From NCBI GenBank assembly GCA_005239895.1, contig SBBB01000022.1:4098-68097 (forward strand): 64,000 nt of DNA. Direction: 5' to 3'. The notes below the pieces were generated by a model, which was not told the DNA's origin, ran no database searches, and was given only the letters and a program-made list of their open reading frames with translations. The DNA is from a bacterium (GTDB taxonomy: Bacteria > Patescibacteriota > Patescibacteriia > SBBB01). Positions 50,138 through 60,441 of the stretch are shown piece by piece. Position 1 is the stretch's first letter, and every line of letters starts with the position of its first letter. The position numbers and the translations under genes were made by a program.

Positions 50138-50947
50138 CTAACTCCTATACCTTTGATGCTCCGGACAAAAATAAGTTGAACGTTGACTAACCTTGATGCG
50201 CTGAATAATAGCTCCATCTTTAAAACATTTTTCACCAGTCCTCTGATACACTTTCCGTATACTATAATAGTCTCCACGTGTTCCATCTGGCAATCTATAA
50301 TCTTTGAAGCTTGTTCCGCGTTTTTTAATTGCTAATCGCAATACTGATTTTATAGCTCGGTGTAAATCCTGAATTTTATCCGAACTCAAATCACTACTTA
50401 AAGTTAAAGGATGGATATTAGCTGCCCACAAAATTTCATCCACGTAAATATTGCCTATTCCACTTATTAAACCTTGATCTAAAAGCAATATTTTAATAAT
50501 CTTGCGGCGCTGACCAATAATATTCTCAAAATCTGAATAAGAAACTGTCAAAGCGTCTGCACCTAATTCACCATCTTTTGATTGATTCGATTTTAAACGT
50601 ATTTTAGAAAATTTTCGAACATCGTGTAACCACAAATCACAGCCATCTTTAAAAAAAATTTTAAACCTAATATAAGATGAATCATTGGATTTAGGACTTA
50701 GTAATAATTTACCGCTCATTCCTAAATGAATCAAAATTGTATGCTTAGATAAAAATAAAACCACGTTCTTGCCCCAACGATCTACATTTTGCACACAACC
50801 ACCTTTAGCAATTAAGGCAATTTTTTTAAAATTTCTATGATCACTAAAAATACGATCTGTATTCGTCCAAATTCTATCAATAGTTTTGGAAACAATTCTG
50901 GATTTTAAAAACCTAACAATAGTTTCAATTTCTGGCAATTCAGGCAT
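50138..50947 (-). CDS. mutM: Formamidopyrimidine-DNA glycosylase
   Basis: MPELPE, HLGMSG, GIGNIY and C-terminal Zn-finger-like CFKD..CPEHQ. Confidence 0.93.
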   Translation of the reverse strand: MPELPEIETIVRFLKSRIVSKTIDRIWTNTDRIFSDHRNFKKIALIAKGGCVQNVDRWGKNVVLFLSKHTILIHLGMSGKLLLSPKSNDSSYIRFKIFFKDGCDLWLHDVRKFSKIRLKSNQSKDGELGADALTVSYSDFENIIGQRRKIIKILLLDQGLISGIGNIYVDEILWAANIHPLTLSSDLSSDKIQDLHRAIKSVLRLAIKKRGTSFKDYRLPDGTRGDYYSIRKVYQRTGEKCFKDGAIIQRIKVSQRSTYFCPEHQRYRS

Positions 50948-50973
50948 AAAAAACACGAGCTTTTTAGCTTTTT

Positions 50974-51306
50974 TTACGAAGATAATCGGCAGCGACGACC
51001 AGAACTCACTTCGGTTTTTACGCTATTCGGCGTAAATGGCACATTGTACAAACTGGATTTAGGTAAAGTACCATTGTTTCTTTCTTTTAGTTCCCTAGAT
51101 TTTCTAGTGGCTTCTAAATCATCTAAAATCATAAATTTACCCTGGTTTTCTCCAATCTCCGAACCAGCGCTTAGCCCAAACAACACACCAATTACAATAC
51201 CAAAGGTTATACCAATCGTAATAATGGACATACTATAAAACACCCGATTAAAATTTAAACATGGTTTTAACACTTCTAAATGTTTCTTAATATGATGAAT
51301 AGCCAT
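50974..51306 (-). CDS. Hypothetical single-TM protein
   Basis: 110 aa with one Gly-rich hydrophobic helix. Confidence 0.55.
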   Translation of the reverse strand: MAIHHIKKHLEVLKPCLNFNRVFYSMSIITIGITFGIVIGVLFGLSAGSEIGENQGKFMILDDLEATRKSRELKERNNGTLPKSSLYNVPFTPNSVKTEVSSGRRCRLSS

Positions 51307-51511
51307 ATATTTTGGTAAATTAAATATATTAATAGTATATATTATACACTAATCTGGTAATGAAGACAATATTAATTGTCAATAAATCAGTATTTAGTTA
51401 TCACCAGGTTATATTACTTGATAGTTACTTAGTAGTTTCGCTACTAAATTGTTTCAAAAAAACTAATGTTTAGGAGTTCAACTCCTAAACAGCCTTTTTA
51501 ATCAAATGTAG

Positions 51512-51541
51512 TATTCAAATCTGGATTTACTTCTAACGGGG
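51512..51541. mobile_element. Right end of MITE family 1 subfamily A
   Basis: TATTCAAATC..CTTCTAACGGGG matches 35576-35605; followed by TTGACA-17-TACTAT. Confidence 0.65.
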
Positions 51542-51615
51542 TTGACAATAACTACTATTTTATATACTATTTTTATACTATTTATATAGTATTTAAATAA
51601 CTAAAAACCTTTTCT

Positions 51616-52692
51616 ATGAAAGCTGTTATAACTGCGGGAGGCCGATCAACTCGCCTTAGACCCATTACAAATAATTTAAACAAACATTTAATTCCTATTG
51701 CTAATCAACCCATGATTTACTACGCCATAGAGAAAATAATACAGGCGGGCATAACAGATATTGGTATTATAGTTAACCCGGACCACAAAGATTTGTTTAA
51801 TATTTTAGGTTCAGGCTCTCGATGGAGTGCTAATTTTACTTATATAGTTCAGTCTGCTCCCCTGGGATTAGCTCATGCTTTAAAAATAACTAAACAATTT
51901 ACAAACAATGAACCTTTTATATTTTATTTAGGAGATAATTTAACCTCCATTGATTTAAAACCTCTAATCACTAAATTTCAAACCAACAAACTGAACAGCT
52001 TATTGGCTTTAACTAAGATTAAAGATCCTACGCGTTTTGGAGTTCCTGAAATTCATAATGATCGTATTATAAAAGTTGAAGAAAAACCACGAACTCCTAA
52101 AAGCGAATACGCTGTAACCGGAATTTATCTTTATGATAAAAATGTCTACGAAGCTTGCGATAACATTAAGCCATCTAGTCGCAATGAATTTGAAATTAGC
52201 GATATTCACACCTATTTAGCCGAACATGGCTATCAAGTTGGCTTTGAAATTATACAAGATTGGTGGAAAGATACAGGCACGTCCCATGATTTATTAGAGG
52301 GTAATCAATTCATCTTAGATAAATTTTTAGAAAATCATACTGACACGCAAATGTTAAATCTAAGTCCTAATACTATTATTCAGGGACGCGTAAAAATCTT
52401 AAGTGGCGCGCGCATGGACGGTAATGTTATTATTCGTGGACCAGTTGTGATTGGATATAACTGCAATATTTCTAATAGTTATATTGGTCCCTATACTTCC
52501 ATAGGTAATTCCAGCACCATAAATAATGCTGAAATTGAAAACTCTATTCTTTTTGATCAAGTATCTATAGGTGGTCCTATAAAAATTGTAAATAGTATTA
52601 TAGGCTACAATGCTCAAATTCTATCGTCCCAACACAACCTGCCATCGGGACATAAATTTATTATTGGAGAAAACAGTATTGTAGATTTTTAA
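51616..52692 (+). CDS. Glucose-1-phosphate thymidylyltransferase, long form
   Basis: AGGRSTRLRPIT, PLGLAHA, EEKP, WWKDTG and C-terminal hexapeptide repeats. Confidence 0.9.
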   Translation: MKAVITAGGRSTRLRPITNNLNKHLIPIANQPMIYYAIEKIIQAGITDIGIIVNPDHKDLFNILGSGSRWSANFTYIVQSAPLGLAHALKITKQFTNNEPFIFYLGDNLTSIDLKPLITKFQTNKLNSLLALTKIKDPTRFGVPEIHNDRIIKVEEKPRTPKSEYAVTGIYLYDKNVYEACDNIKPSSRNEFEISDIHTYLAEHGYQVGFEIIQDWWKDTGTSHDLLEGNQFILDKFLENHTDTQMLNLSPNTIIQGRVKILSGARMDGNVIIRGPVVIGYNCNISNSYIGPYTSIGNSSTINNAEIENSILFDQVSIGGPIKIVNSIIGYNAQILSSQHNLPSGHKFIIGENSIVDF

Positions 52693-52702
52693 ATTCCGTA
52701 TT

Positions 52703-54589
52703 TTAAACTTGAATTAATACGGGCAATACCATGGGTCGGCGTTCAGTCTGAGTAAATAACCATTTACTAATATCCAAACGAATTTGATTTTTCATATCGT
52801 TTTCAAAGGTGGGTGAAGAAAGATTACAATCTTTGAACATCCTCTTAACGCGCATACGTGTTTTTTCAATAAGCTCTTTATTTTCTTTCAAAAAAATAAA
52901 TCCGCGAGATATAATATCGGGATTACCCAATAATTTCCCTGTACGAGTATCAAGTGTAACTATAATTACGAACATGCCATCTTCGGATAGCACGATCCTA
53001 TCTCTTAAAACTATACTACTAACATCTCCAACTCCAATTCCATCTACCATCACATAATCCGTTGGAACCTTAAGATGACTCATAGTCATATTTTGATTAG
53101 TATCAACCGCTACAATTTGACCATTATCAGGGATAAAAATATTCTCAGGTTTAACACCGGCTGTACTGGCTAATTCAGCGTGGGCTTGCAATAAAAAACG
53201 ATTGCCGTGAATGGGTATAAAATATTTAGGCTGCACTAATCTTAACATTAATTTAAGATCTTCTTGTTTAGCATGACCACCCGCGTGAACATCCATATTA
53301 GCGTAATGAATAATATGAGCTCCGTCTCTACAAAAACGATCTTTAATGGATTGAATAGAACGTTCATTTCCAGCAATTACGGAAGAAGAAAAAATAACTG
53401 TATCGCCTTTTTTAATGAATAAAAATCTATGTTCACCCATAGCCATTCGCATAAAAACAGCATATTTTTCGCCTTGAGCGCCAGTGCACACTACAATCAA
53501 TCGATTGTCTGGTAAATGCTTAAATTCTTCTTCTTCTATTAAAGTTCCGGGTTTAAATTTTAAATAGCCTAATTGATGACAAATCTCAACGGTTTTAATT
53601 AAACTTCTACCTTCTAATAAAATCTTACGATTATATTTTTCAGCAATATGTATAACTTGTTGAATACGGCTTAATAAAGATGAAAAAGTTGCCACAATTA
53701 CCCTGCCTTCGGCTTTGGAAATAATAGAATCCAATTCTTCTCCTACTCTTAATTCCGAGATTTGATTACCTGGTTTATCAGCCGAGGTGCTATCTGACAT
53801 TAATAATAAAACCTCACTACCTCCCCATAAGGCTATTTGTCTCAAATCAGCGGGGGTATCATTAACAGGAGTAAAATCAAACTTAAAATCTCCAGTGTGC
53901 AATATAGTTCCGCAAGGTGTGGTTAAAGCCACACCAAAACTGTCCGAGATATTATGATTAACATGAAAAGTTTGAAATATAAATGATCTGCCCAACGGTA
54001 ACCTAGCATCATTTTTATCTACTAATATAATATTCAATTTATCATTGCTGTTTAATGCAAATTCTTCATGTCTTTTTTGAATCAACGCCGCACTTAAAGG
54101 CGCAGTATAAATCGGAGGATTTCCTAATTTACCGATCAAATGTGGAATAGCTCCCATGTGATCATTGTGTCCATGAGTGATAATCACTCCTCTAATATTT
54201 TTTTCTTTTCCCTGTAAATATTTAATATTGGGAATAATATAATTAATACCAGGCGTGTTTTCTTCGGGAAATTGAAAACCCATATCAATTATAACAATGT
54301 CATCTTCATATTCTATAACCATCATATTTCTTCCAACTTCTTCTAAACCACCCAAGGGTATAATTTTTAATTTGTCATTAAATTCCGGTGGTAAAATAAT
54401 ATTTTGAAAACCGTTTTCTAAATTGGACGCTCCTTGCGAAATGTTCACGTTTCTTGGTCTACGCCCCCTAGAAGGTATATAACGGCTACTCTTTTTGTTC
54501 GACTCTGGTCTATAACCATCCGTTCTCTGCGCTGAATAATTTTCAACGTTTTTGTTACTTGATTTGTAACTTGTAATAAGATTACCCAT
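52703..54589 (-). CDS. rnj: Ribonuclease J
   Basis: PLGGLEEVGRNM, THGHNDHMG, HTGDFK and HAGGH motifs. Start moved to ATG 54589 because the longer ORF overlaps the tRNA. Confidence 0.95.
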   Translation of the reverse strand: MGNLITSYKSSNKNVENYSAQRTDGYRPESNKKSSRYIPSRGRRPRNVNISQGASNLENGFQNIILPPEFNDKLKIIPLGGLEEVGRNMMVIEYEDDIVIIDMGFQFPEENTPGINYIIPNIKYLQGKEKNIRGVIITHGHNDHMGAIPHLIGKLGNPPIYTAPLSAALIQKRHEEFALNSNDKLNIILVDKNDARLPLGRSFIFQTFHVNHNISDSFGVALTTPCGTILHTGDFKFDFTPVNDTPADLRQIALWGGSEVLLLMSDSTSADKPGNQISELRVGEELDSIISKAEGRVIVATFSSLLSRIQQVIHIAEKYNRKILLEGRSLIKTVEICHQLGYLKFKPGTLIEEEEFKHLPDNRLIVVCTGAQGEKYAVFMRMAMGEHRFLFIKKGDTVIFSSSVIAGNERSIQSIKDRFCRDGAHIIHYANMDVHAGGHAKQEDLKLMLRLVQPKYFIPIHGNRFLLQAHAELASTAGVKPENIFIPDNGQIVAVDTNQNMTMSHLKVPTDYVMVDGIGVGDVSSIVLRDRIVLSEDGMFVIIVTLDTRTGKLLGNPDIISRGFIFLKENKELIEKTRMRVKRMFKDCNLSSPTFENDMKNQIRLDISKWLFTQTERRPMVLPVLIQV

Positions 54590-54748
54590 ATAAAAATAAA
54601 TTAACATCCTATCGAATGACAGGAAAAAATAAATTAAATGTAAATTAAAAAAAATTATATTTGTAGGGTTTTGGTTTTGTGAACTACGTATAGGATTCAT
54701 GGTGGCAAGTGTAAGACTACACTTGCCAACCAGATACAGTCCTGTATC

Positions 54749-54835
54749 TGGTGCCCTTGAGAGGACTCGAACCTCCACGAGATTGCTCTCATAGGCACCT
54801 GAAGCCTACGTGTCTGCCAATTTCACCACAAGGGC
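54749..54835 (-). tRNA. tRNA-Leu(CAG)
   Basis: GCCCTTG...CAAGGGC-ACCA, anticodon loop TT-CAG-GT, long variable arm, GTTCGAG T-loop. Confidence 0.95.
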
Positions 54836-54844
54836 CTTTAATAA

Positions 54845-56716
54845 TTACTTTAACACACGCTTAACTTTAATATACCAATTTTCTATTTCTTCCAAACGTC
54901 CAGCTAAATTAACGACATTCTTTGTTTGTATATTCTGAACCTGCGAATTCACAATATATTGGCTGAAAGAATTATATAAAAAAACAGCTGGATATTCTTT
55001 GAACAACAATTCTTGAAACGCTAAATATTTCTTTCTTTGAATTTCAAAGTTATGTTCTCCACGAGCTTCTTCTAATAATTTATCAGCTTCGGGATTATTA
55101 AATAATGCTAAATTTAAACCTGGACTCTTGCGCTCTAAGGAATGCCAATAAGGGTAGGGATCAGGATCAGCCCCCAGTTGCTCAGCATACAATAAAGCAT
55201 CGTATTTGCGTGGCTCAATAACCTTATAATATATATCCTCAGTTGAATAAATATCTAATTTCACCTTTACTCCCAATTTTTCCCAATCTTCTTTTACAAA
55301 CATGGCAGCTTTAACATTTTCAGGATGATCAATCGTGACCAGAGTTAATTGCAGGGACTCAACAGCATTGTTAGAATTTTTTTTCTTAAAATAACCATCT
55401 TCTTTATACCATTTATTACTTACTAATATTTCCTCTGCTTTTTGAAAATTATACAAGTCTTTACCGTCTGTATTGGTTTGCACAAGCGTGCTATCTATTT
55501 TCTCTGGTATTACGATAGGGCCTCTAGATACAACCCCGTGATTATTTAAAACCATTTTAATAATTTTATTTCTATCCACGCTTAAAGACAAACTTTGACG
55601 TACCGCCAAATTATTCAAAAGCTGATTATTTAATCCATTGAAAAAAATGGCAGTATATTTGGGTATAACTAAATCATAAGTATTAAATTTTTTAAGATTC
55701 ACGTTAATAGCCTCATGTGGAGCTAGGGTTAAACTATCAATAACTCTACTACGCAAATTACCAACAGCTTCTTCGTGATTATCATAAAAAGAAAAAATAA
55801 TATTTTCTAACCAAGGAGCCTTATCAAAATATTTATCATTCTTCATAAGCGTGTAAGACTTAATCATTCCGGCTTTATCTTTATCCATAGATTTAAACTG
55901 AAATGGTCCCAAACCAACAGGTTTTAAATTAAACTCTGACAAGGGATTGATAGCAGTAGAAACATCTTTTAATAAATGTTTGGGAAGAATACCAATAGTT
56001 AAATTTTCTAAAAATGGTGTAAAAGATCTAGCAATTGTTAATTCTACTGTAAAATCATCTATGGTCTTCACTTGAACATCTTTCCAGGTATTATATAACA
56101 TGGGATTTAACTTTCTTAAATCTGGGTGTTGCATACTTTGGATAGTAAACAAAACATCTTCTGAACTAAACGATTTGCCATCTGGCCACACAACATCTTT
56201 TTTTAAAGATATTCTATAAACCTTACCATCTCCACTAATACTATGTTTATCAACCAAATCCGGCACAACTTTTAAATCTGAATTATACTTATATAAACCA
56301 CTGAAAATTAAAGCTACTAAATCTTGATCAACTGGATTCGAATGAGAAAACAAGGGATTAATATATTGAGGAGAACCAATTACGCCTTCTTTTAAAGTGC
56401 CACCTTCTGTGCCAGCCAACACTGTACGACTGTTATTGTCCTGCCACCTATGAACCATGATAAATACCAACGAAAAAAACATAACCACACCCAAAAAGCC
56501 AATTATTCTTTTTTCTTTCTGGGATAATACATCTAACAAAAATTTAGATTGTTTCAGGGTGGGAACTTTGGGGGTACGCAAAGAACGAATCAATTTTTGA
56601 TCTAAATGGTTCATTTTATTATTTTGATATTTATATTTAATTTGATGATAATTCGTTAGGTCCTGGACCTTGTGAACTACATGTTTGAATAACTCAAACA
56701 ATTTGGAGAATAACAC
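54845..56716 (-). CDS. Peptide ABC transporter substrate-binding protein (SBP family 5), N-terminally anchored
   Basis: INPLF, IFSGLY, PDLV, WPDG..FSSEDV.FT and PVGLGPF motifs. Confidence 0.9.
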   Translation of the reverse strand: MLFSKLFELFKHVVHKVQDLTNYHQIKYKYQNNKMNHLDQKLIRSLRTPKVPTLKQSKFLLDVLSQKEKRIIGFLGVVMFFSLVFIMVHRWQDNNSRTVLAGTEGGTLKEGVIGSPQYINPLFSHSNPVDQDLVALIFSGLYKYNSDLKVVPDLVDKHSISGDGKVYRISLKKDVVWPDGKSFSSEDVLFTIQSMQHPDLRKLNPMLYNTWKDVQVKTIDDFTVELTIARSFTPFLENLTIGILPKHLLKDVSTAINPLSEFNLKPVGLGPFQFKSMDKDKAGMIKSYTLMKNDKYFDKAPWLENIIFSFYDNHEEAVGNLRSRVIDSLTLAPHEAINVNLKKFNTYDLVIPKYTAIFFNGLNNQLLNNLAVRQSLSLSVDRNKIIKMVLNNHGVVSRGPIVIPEKIDSTLVQTNTDGKDLYNFQKAEEILVSNKWYKEDGYFKKKNSNNAVESLQLTLVTIDHPENVKAAMFVKEDWEKLGVKVKLDIYSTEDIYYKVIEPRKYDALLYAEQLGADPDPYPYWHSLERKSPGLNLALFNNPEADKLLEEARGEHNFEIQRKKYLAFQELLFKEYPAVFLYNSFSQYIVNSQVQNIQTKNVVNLAGRLEEIENWYIKVKRVLK

Positions 56717-56799
56717 AAAAAATATTTATAAATGAAAATTTTGTAAATCGAATTATATTCCTAAAAAAGCGCGATGCATGCTTTGAAAAACTGCAAATG

Positions 56800-57018
56800 T
56801 TATTTTATTAGCACTAGAGACAAAGATAATCCTAAAAATATAATAGAAAATATAATGGTTAAAAAATGTAAAATTTTTTCAACTCCTCTTTTAGCACTAT
56901 AAAAATTAAATGACGAGCCAAAAGCGCTCCCTAAGCCACTTCCGCGGTTTTGTAACAAAACCATTGTAATTAATAGTATAGAAACAATAATTAAAGTATA
57001 CTGTATATATATTTTCAT
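56800..57018 (-). CDS. secG: Preprotein translocase subunit SecG
   Basis: VLLQNRGSGLGSAFG..RGVEK.L..LT. Confidence 0.92.
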   Translation of the reverse strand: MKIYIQYTLIIVSILLITMVLLQNRGSGLGSAFGSSFNFYSAKRGVEKILHFLTIIFSIIFLGLSLSLVLIK

Positions 57019-57036
57019 AGAAAAACAACAATATAT

Positions 57037-57065
57037 ATCATACCATATATACTAAAATCTGTCAA
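57037..57065 (-). promoter_or_regulatory. sigma70 promoter of secG
   Basis: TTGACA-17 bp-TATGAT with extended TG. Confidence 0.7.
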
Positions 57066-57166
57066 CCCCGTTAGAGGTTATTGAGAGGTATTTTGCTTAT
57101 TTTAAATTGAATTATGACTATTTCCTTGTTTATTTATTAGTATCAAGTATGAACCTCTAAACGGGG
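57066..57166. mobile_element. MITE family 1, subfamily B
   Basis: CCCCGTTAGAGGTT..AACCTCTAAACGGGG flanked by TCAA on both sides (TTGA on the minus strand). Confidence 0.85.
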
Positions 57167-57305
57167 TCAACCCCGCTGTAGATTTGCAAGAGTCTAATCA
57201 TAATGCACAACTATAATGACAGGCGGTGCTTTAAATTCTTGAATTTAGATGATACTAATAATTTCACTGAATATACGTTTTCCAGGCTAGAAAACACTCA
57301 ACCTA

Positions 57306-57605
57306 TTAACGATAGGTTTCTTCTCTTCTTAAACCGCAATACTTAAGAATAAGAATTACTTTTTTCTCATCAATATCATAGCGAAAACGAAACCTGCCCA
57401 TACGTAAACGCCATTGCCCTTCATCCGATAGATCCACTTCCTTTAATTTCTTAATTGAATATTGACGAGTTATATTGTATGAATCTTGAGCAAGAATTTC
57501 CATCGCTTGAGAGTAGTAATCAACAAAAATCGCAGATTGTTTTTGGAGCTTGCGGGCAAGGCGATCAAAATAAGAAGTGGTAAAAACAGAAAAATCGGAT
57601 ATCAT
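57306..57605 (-). CDS. RelE/ParE-family toxin
   Basis: IKKL..WRLRMGRFRFRYDI..REETYR; downstream of the antitoxin. Confidence 0.82.
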   Translation of the reverse strand: MISDFSVFTTSYFDRLARKLQKQSAIFVDYYSQAMEILAQDSYNITRQYSIKKLKEVDLSDEGQWRLRMGRFRFRYDIDEKKVILILKYCGLRREETYR

Positions 57606-57629
57606 ATTTTAAGGTGTAGCATTACTTTT

Positions 57630-57905
57630 TTACTTTTTTACTTTTTTAAGTTCGGACCGTAACGCCTGAGCTGGACGAATTTTACCAGCCAAATATTCTT
57701 TAGTGCTTTGTTTAATATATTTGCTAACTTCTGGATTTTGTAACTCCAAATAATCTTCAAGCTCGTCAATATCTATCAGGCCAGCTATAGGAATACCGTC
57801 TTTTTCTAAAATAAAACACTCCTTCCCAAGATGAACCCTTTTAACCAACGCCCCTAAATTAATTCTAGCCTTAGTAATGGGAATGGATTGAATTTGATAA
57901 CTCAT
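57630..57905 (-). CDS. Phd/YefM-family antitoxin
   Basis: IPITKARINLGALVKRV..FILEKDGIPIAGLI; promoter TTGACA-17-TAAGAT at 57941-57969. Confidence 0.85.
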   Translation of the reverse strand: MSYQIQSIPITKARINLGALVKRVHLGKECFILEKDGIPIAGLIDIDELEDYLELQNPEVSKYIKQSTKEYLAGKIRPAQALRSELKKVKK

Positions 57906-58168
57906 ATTTTTAATTGATTAACATTAAGTAATATTAATTAATCTTAACCTAATAAATAAAATCTGTCAATGTTTCCTGTCATTCATATACAAATTATTAA
58001 CCTAATCAATGCTTGGTGATCGGAGTACAAAACATTGAAAATATTTTAACAAAACGTGATGCGTTACGACTTGAATTCAGCATGACATGCACATCCTTGA
58101 CATTTAGTATAAATTTGATTATGGTAATAAAGTCATATAGTCATTAAACAATTTTATAGGAGAACAAG

Positions 58169-58378
58169 ATGGAGTTAAAGAATGTTATTAAAAAGCTAAA
58201 AAGTAGCAAACTCGACGTTCGAAGACGTGCTATTGGAAGTATTATTCTGCTAGGAAAAGAAGAAATGACACTATTAATGCCTATATTGCTAGCTACAGCG
58301 GGAAATAACAGAAGAATTAATATTATCACAATCATGCATATCTGTATTAGCGTAGGCATCATTAGATTCCACAATTAA
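58169..58378 (+). CDS. Small hypothetical protein with a HEAT-repeat-like N-terminus
   Basis: Promoter TTGACA-17-TATGGT (58097-58125), SD AGGAG, LKSS..DVRRRAI..LG. Confidence 0.45.
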   Translation: MELKNVIKKLKSSKLDVRRRAIGSIILLGKEEMTLLMPILLATAGNNRRINIITIMHICISVGIIRFHN

Positions 58379-58502
58379 GTGTCAAATGCGTGTGCACAGT
58401 TCAGCTTTAGCAATCTTGTCCGCACAGTAAAGCCCCGAAAGGTCATACGACATCTCGAGGCTTTACTTATAAGTGACTTAGCCACTCATGATACTAATCT
58501 TT

Positions 58503-58691
58503 TTATTGTGTTGGTTCAGTAGAAGTGGCAGTAGAAGTGGCAGTAGAAGTGGCAGTAGAAGTGGCAGTAGAATCAACCCCTACAGGTGCAGTCATTGAGT
58601 CTTTAGCACCCTTATTCATCATAGAATAACCTGCAAATATAATTACAACAACTACGATTACTCCTATAACCCATTTTGCGGTTTGGCTCAT
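58503..58691 (-). CDS. Small membrane-anchored Ser/Thr-rich protein
   Basis: N-terminal TM; 12-bp tandem repeat at 58517-58570 encodes (STAT)n. Confidence 0.7.
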   Translation of the reverse strand: MSQTAKWVIGVIVVVVIIFAGYSMMNKGAKDSMTAPVGVDSTATSTATSTATSTATSTEPTQ

Positions 58692-58798
58692 ATATTATAT
58701 TTATTAAAAATAAAATTAAAAATGTCATTCGACTTAAGTTGACACTTATGTGAAGTATACCACTCCTGACTTTGCCAGTCTAGATCGCTGAGCATATT

Positions 58799-60436
58799 TT
58801 ATGTTTGTTCAGCATTCTCCAACTTTTTATATAAAGGATGCAAATCTCCAACTTTCATAGTTTGAAATTTTGGATATTCCCATTTTAGTTGCGAACTATC
58901 TATATTTAAAAAACCTAAAATACGATCCGAAGTAACTGGCAAAAACGGACGAACTAAAATAGCCAAGCAAATAATAACGTGACTAGCCACAGATAAATCA
59001 GCACTGGCTTGAGATGGATCGGTTTTAACCGTAAACCACGGAGCAGCTTTGTCAATATAACGATTGCCAGCCGCAGCTAAATCCAAAATTAAACGCAAAC
59101 CATCGCGATAATGGCTACTTTTTATAGCTTCGCCAATTTTAATAAAACTCGCTTCAGCTAATTTTAAAAATTCCAACTGAGAAAAACTTAAGGACTGAGA
59201 AATTTCTACCCCATTTACAAAATTATTTTTTACTAAAGCTAAAACCCGATTAACATAGTTTCCAAATATGCCAATTAACTCGGTATTAGTTTTGTCATAA
59301 TAATTATCCCAAGAAAAATCAGCGTCTGATGTTTCCGGGCCATTAATAACTAAATAATATCGCAAAGTTTCCGCTTCGTAATCTTTCAAAAAATCATTCA
59401 CCAAAATCATGGTGTTGCGACTCTTGGAAAATTTTAGACTATTAATCGTTAAAAACTCCGAAGAAATAATATGATCGGGTAAGTGCATTTTCTCAACCCC
59501 CAAAAGCATAGCGGGCCAAATAATAGTATGAAACAAAATATTATCCTTGGCATGAACATAATAATGTTGTACAGATTCATCAGCTACCCAAAACTTTTGC
59601 CATAAATCAGGTTGACCTTGATTGAGTGACCACTCTTTACTAGCAGACAAGTAACCACATACAGCTTCAAACCAAACATAAATACGCTTATTTTCATAGC
59701 CTGGCAAAGGAATAGGTACTCCAAATTCTGTGTCGCGCGTAATGGCGCGATCACAAAGACCATTTTCTAACAAACCAATTGTAAAATTTTTAGCATTGAT
59801 TCTCCAATCTTTGCTTTTATTTTTTACCAAATCTTTTAATTGATCCTGAAATGACGATAATCTTAAATAAAAATGTTTTGACAAACGCCAATTAGATTGA
59901 TGGGAACAGATCTTGCAAGATGGGTTTATTAATTGTTTGGCATCTAATATATGACCACATTCATCGCACTGATCTCCTCTAGCTTTCGCAAAATGACATA
60001 AGGGACACTCACCCTCAACATAACGATCGGGTAAAAAACGTTTACACGAAGTGCAATAAGCAGACTCTTCGCTTTTAATATAAATTAAATCTTTTTTATA
60101 AAGTTCTAGAAAAATATCGCTCACAACTCGCGAATGATTATCAGTAGTGGTTGTAGTATAAATATCGTATGAAAAATAAAGCCTGTCAATTAAGGTTTTT
60201 TTAAATTCAATATGATATTTATTGGCAATTTCTATAGGACTAATGCCTTGTTTTTCAGCCTCAATCGTAATCGGTGTGCCATGACAATCACTACCGGATA
60301 CAAATAGCACCTCCTGACCATTTAAACGAAAAAAACGAGCCGTAATATCCGAACCAATCAATCCCGCCACATGACCTAAATGTAAATAACCATTAGCATA
60401 CGGCCAAGCAGCTGCCACAAAAATTCTAGGCAACAT
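58799..60436 (-). CDS. metG: Methionyl-tRNA synthetase (short form, two Zn knuckles)
   Basis: WPYANGYLHLGH, GSDCHG, YVWFEA and KFSKS motifs. Confidence 0.96.
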   Translation of the reverse strand: MLPRIFVAAAWPYANGYLHLGHVAGLIGSDITARFFRLNGQEVLFVSGSDCHGTPITIEAEKQGISPIEIANKYHIEFKKTLIDRLYFSYDIYTTTTTDNHSRVVSDIFLELYKKDLIYIKSEESAYCTSCKRFLPDRYVEGECPLCHFAKARGDQCDECGHILDAKQLINPSCKICSHQSNWRLSKHFYLRLSSFQDQLKDLVKNKSKDWRINAKNFTIGLLENGLCDRAITRDTEFGVPIPLPGYENKRIYVWFEAVCGYLSASKEWSLNQGQPDLWQKFWVADESVQHYYVHAKDNILFHTIIWPAMLLGVEKMHLPDHIISSEFLTINSLKFSKSRNTMILVNDFLKDYEAETLRYYLVINGPETSDADFSWDNYYDKTNTELIGIFGNYVNRVLALVKNNFVNGVEISQSLSFSQLEFLKLAEASFIKIGEAIKSSHYRDGLRLILDLAAAGNRYIDKAAPWFTVKTDPSQASADLSVASHVIICLAILVRPFLPVTSDRILGFLNIDSSQLKWEYPKFQTMKVGDLHPLYKKLENAEQT

Positions 60437-60441
60437 ATAAA

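Noticed and set aside
54590-54778. N-terminal extension of RNase J in the ORF track
   Set aside because: It starts inside tRNA-Leu and runs through hairpins; ATG 54589 is more plausible.
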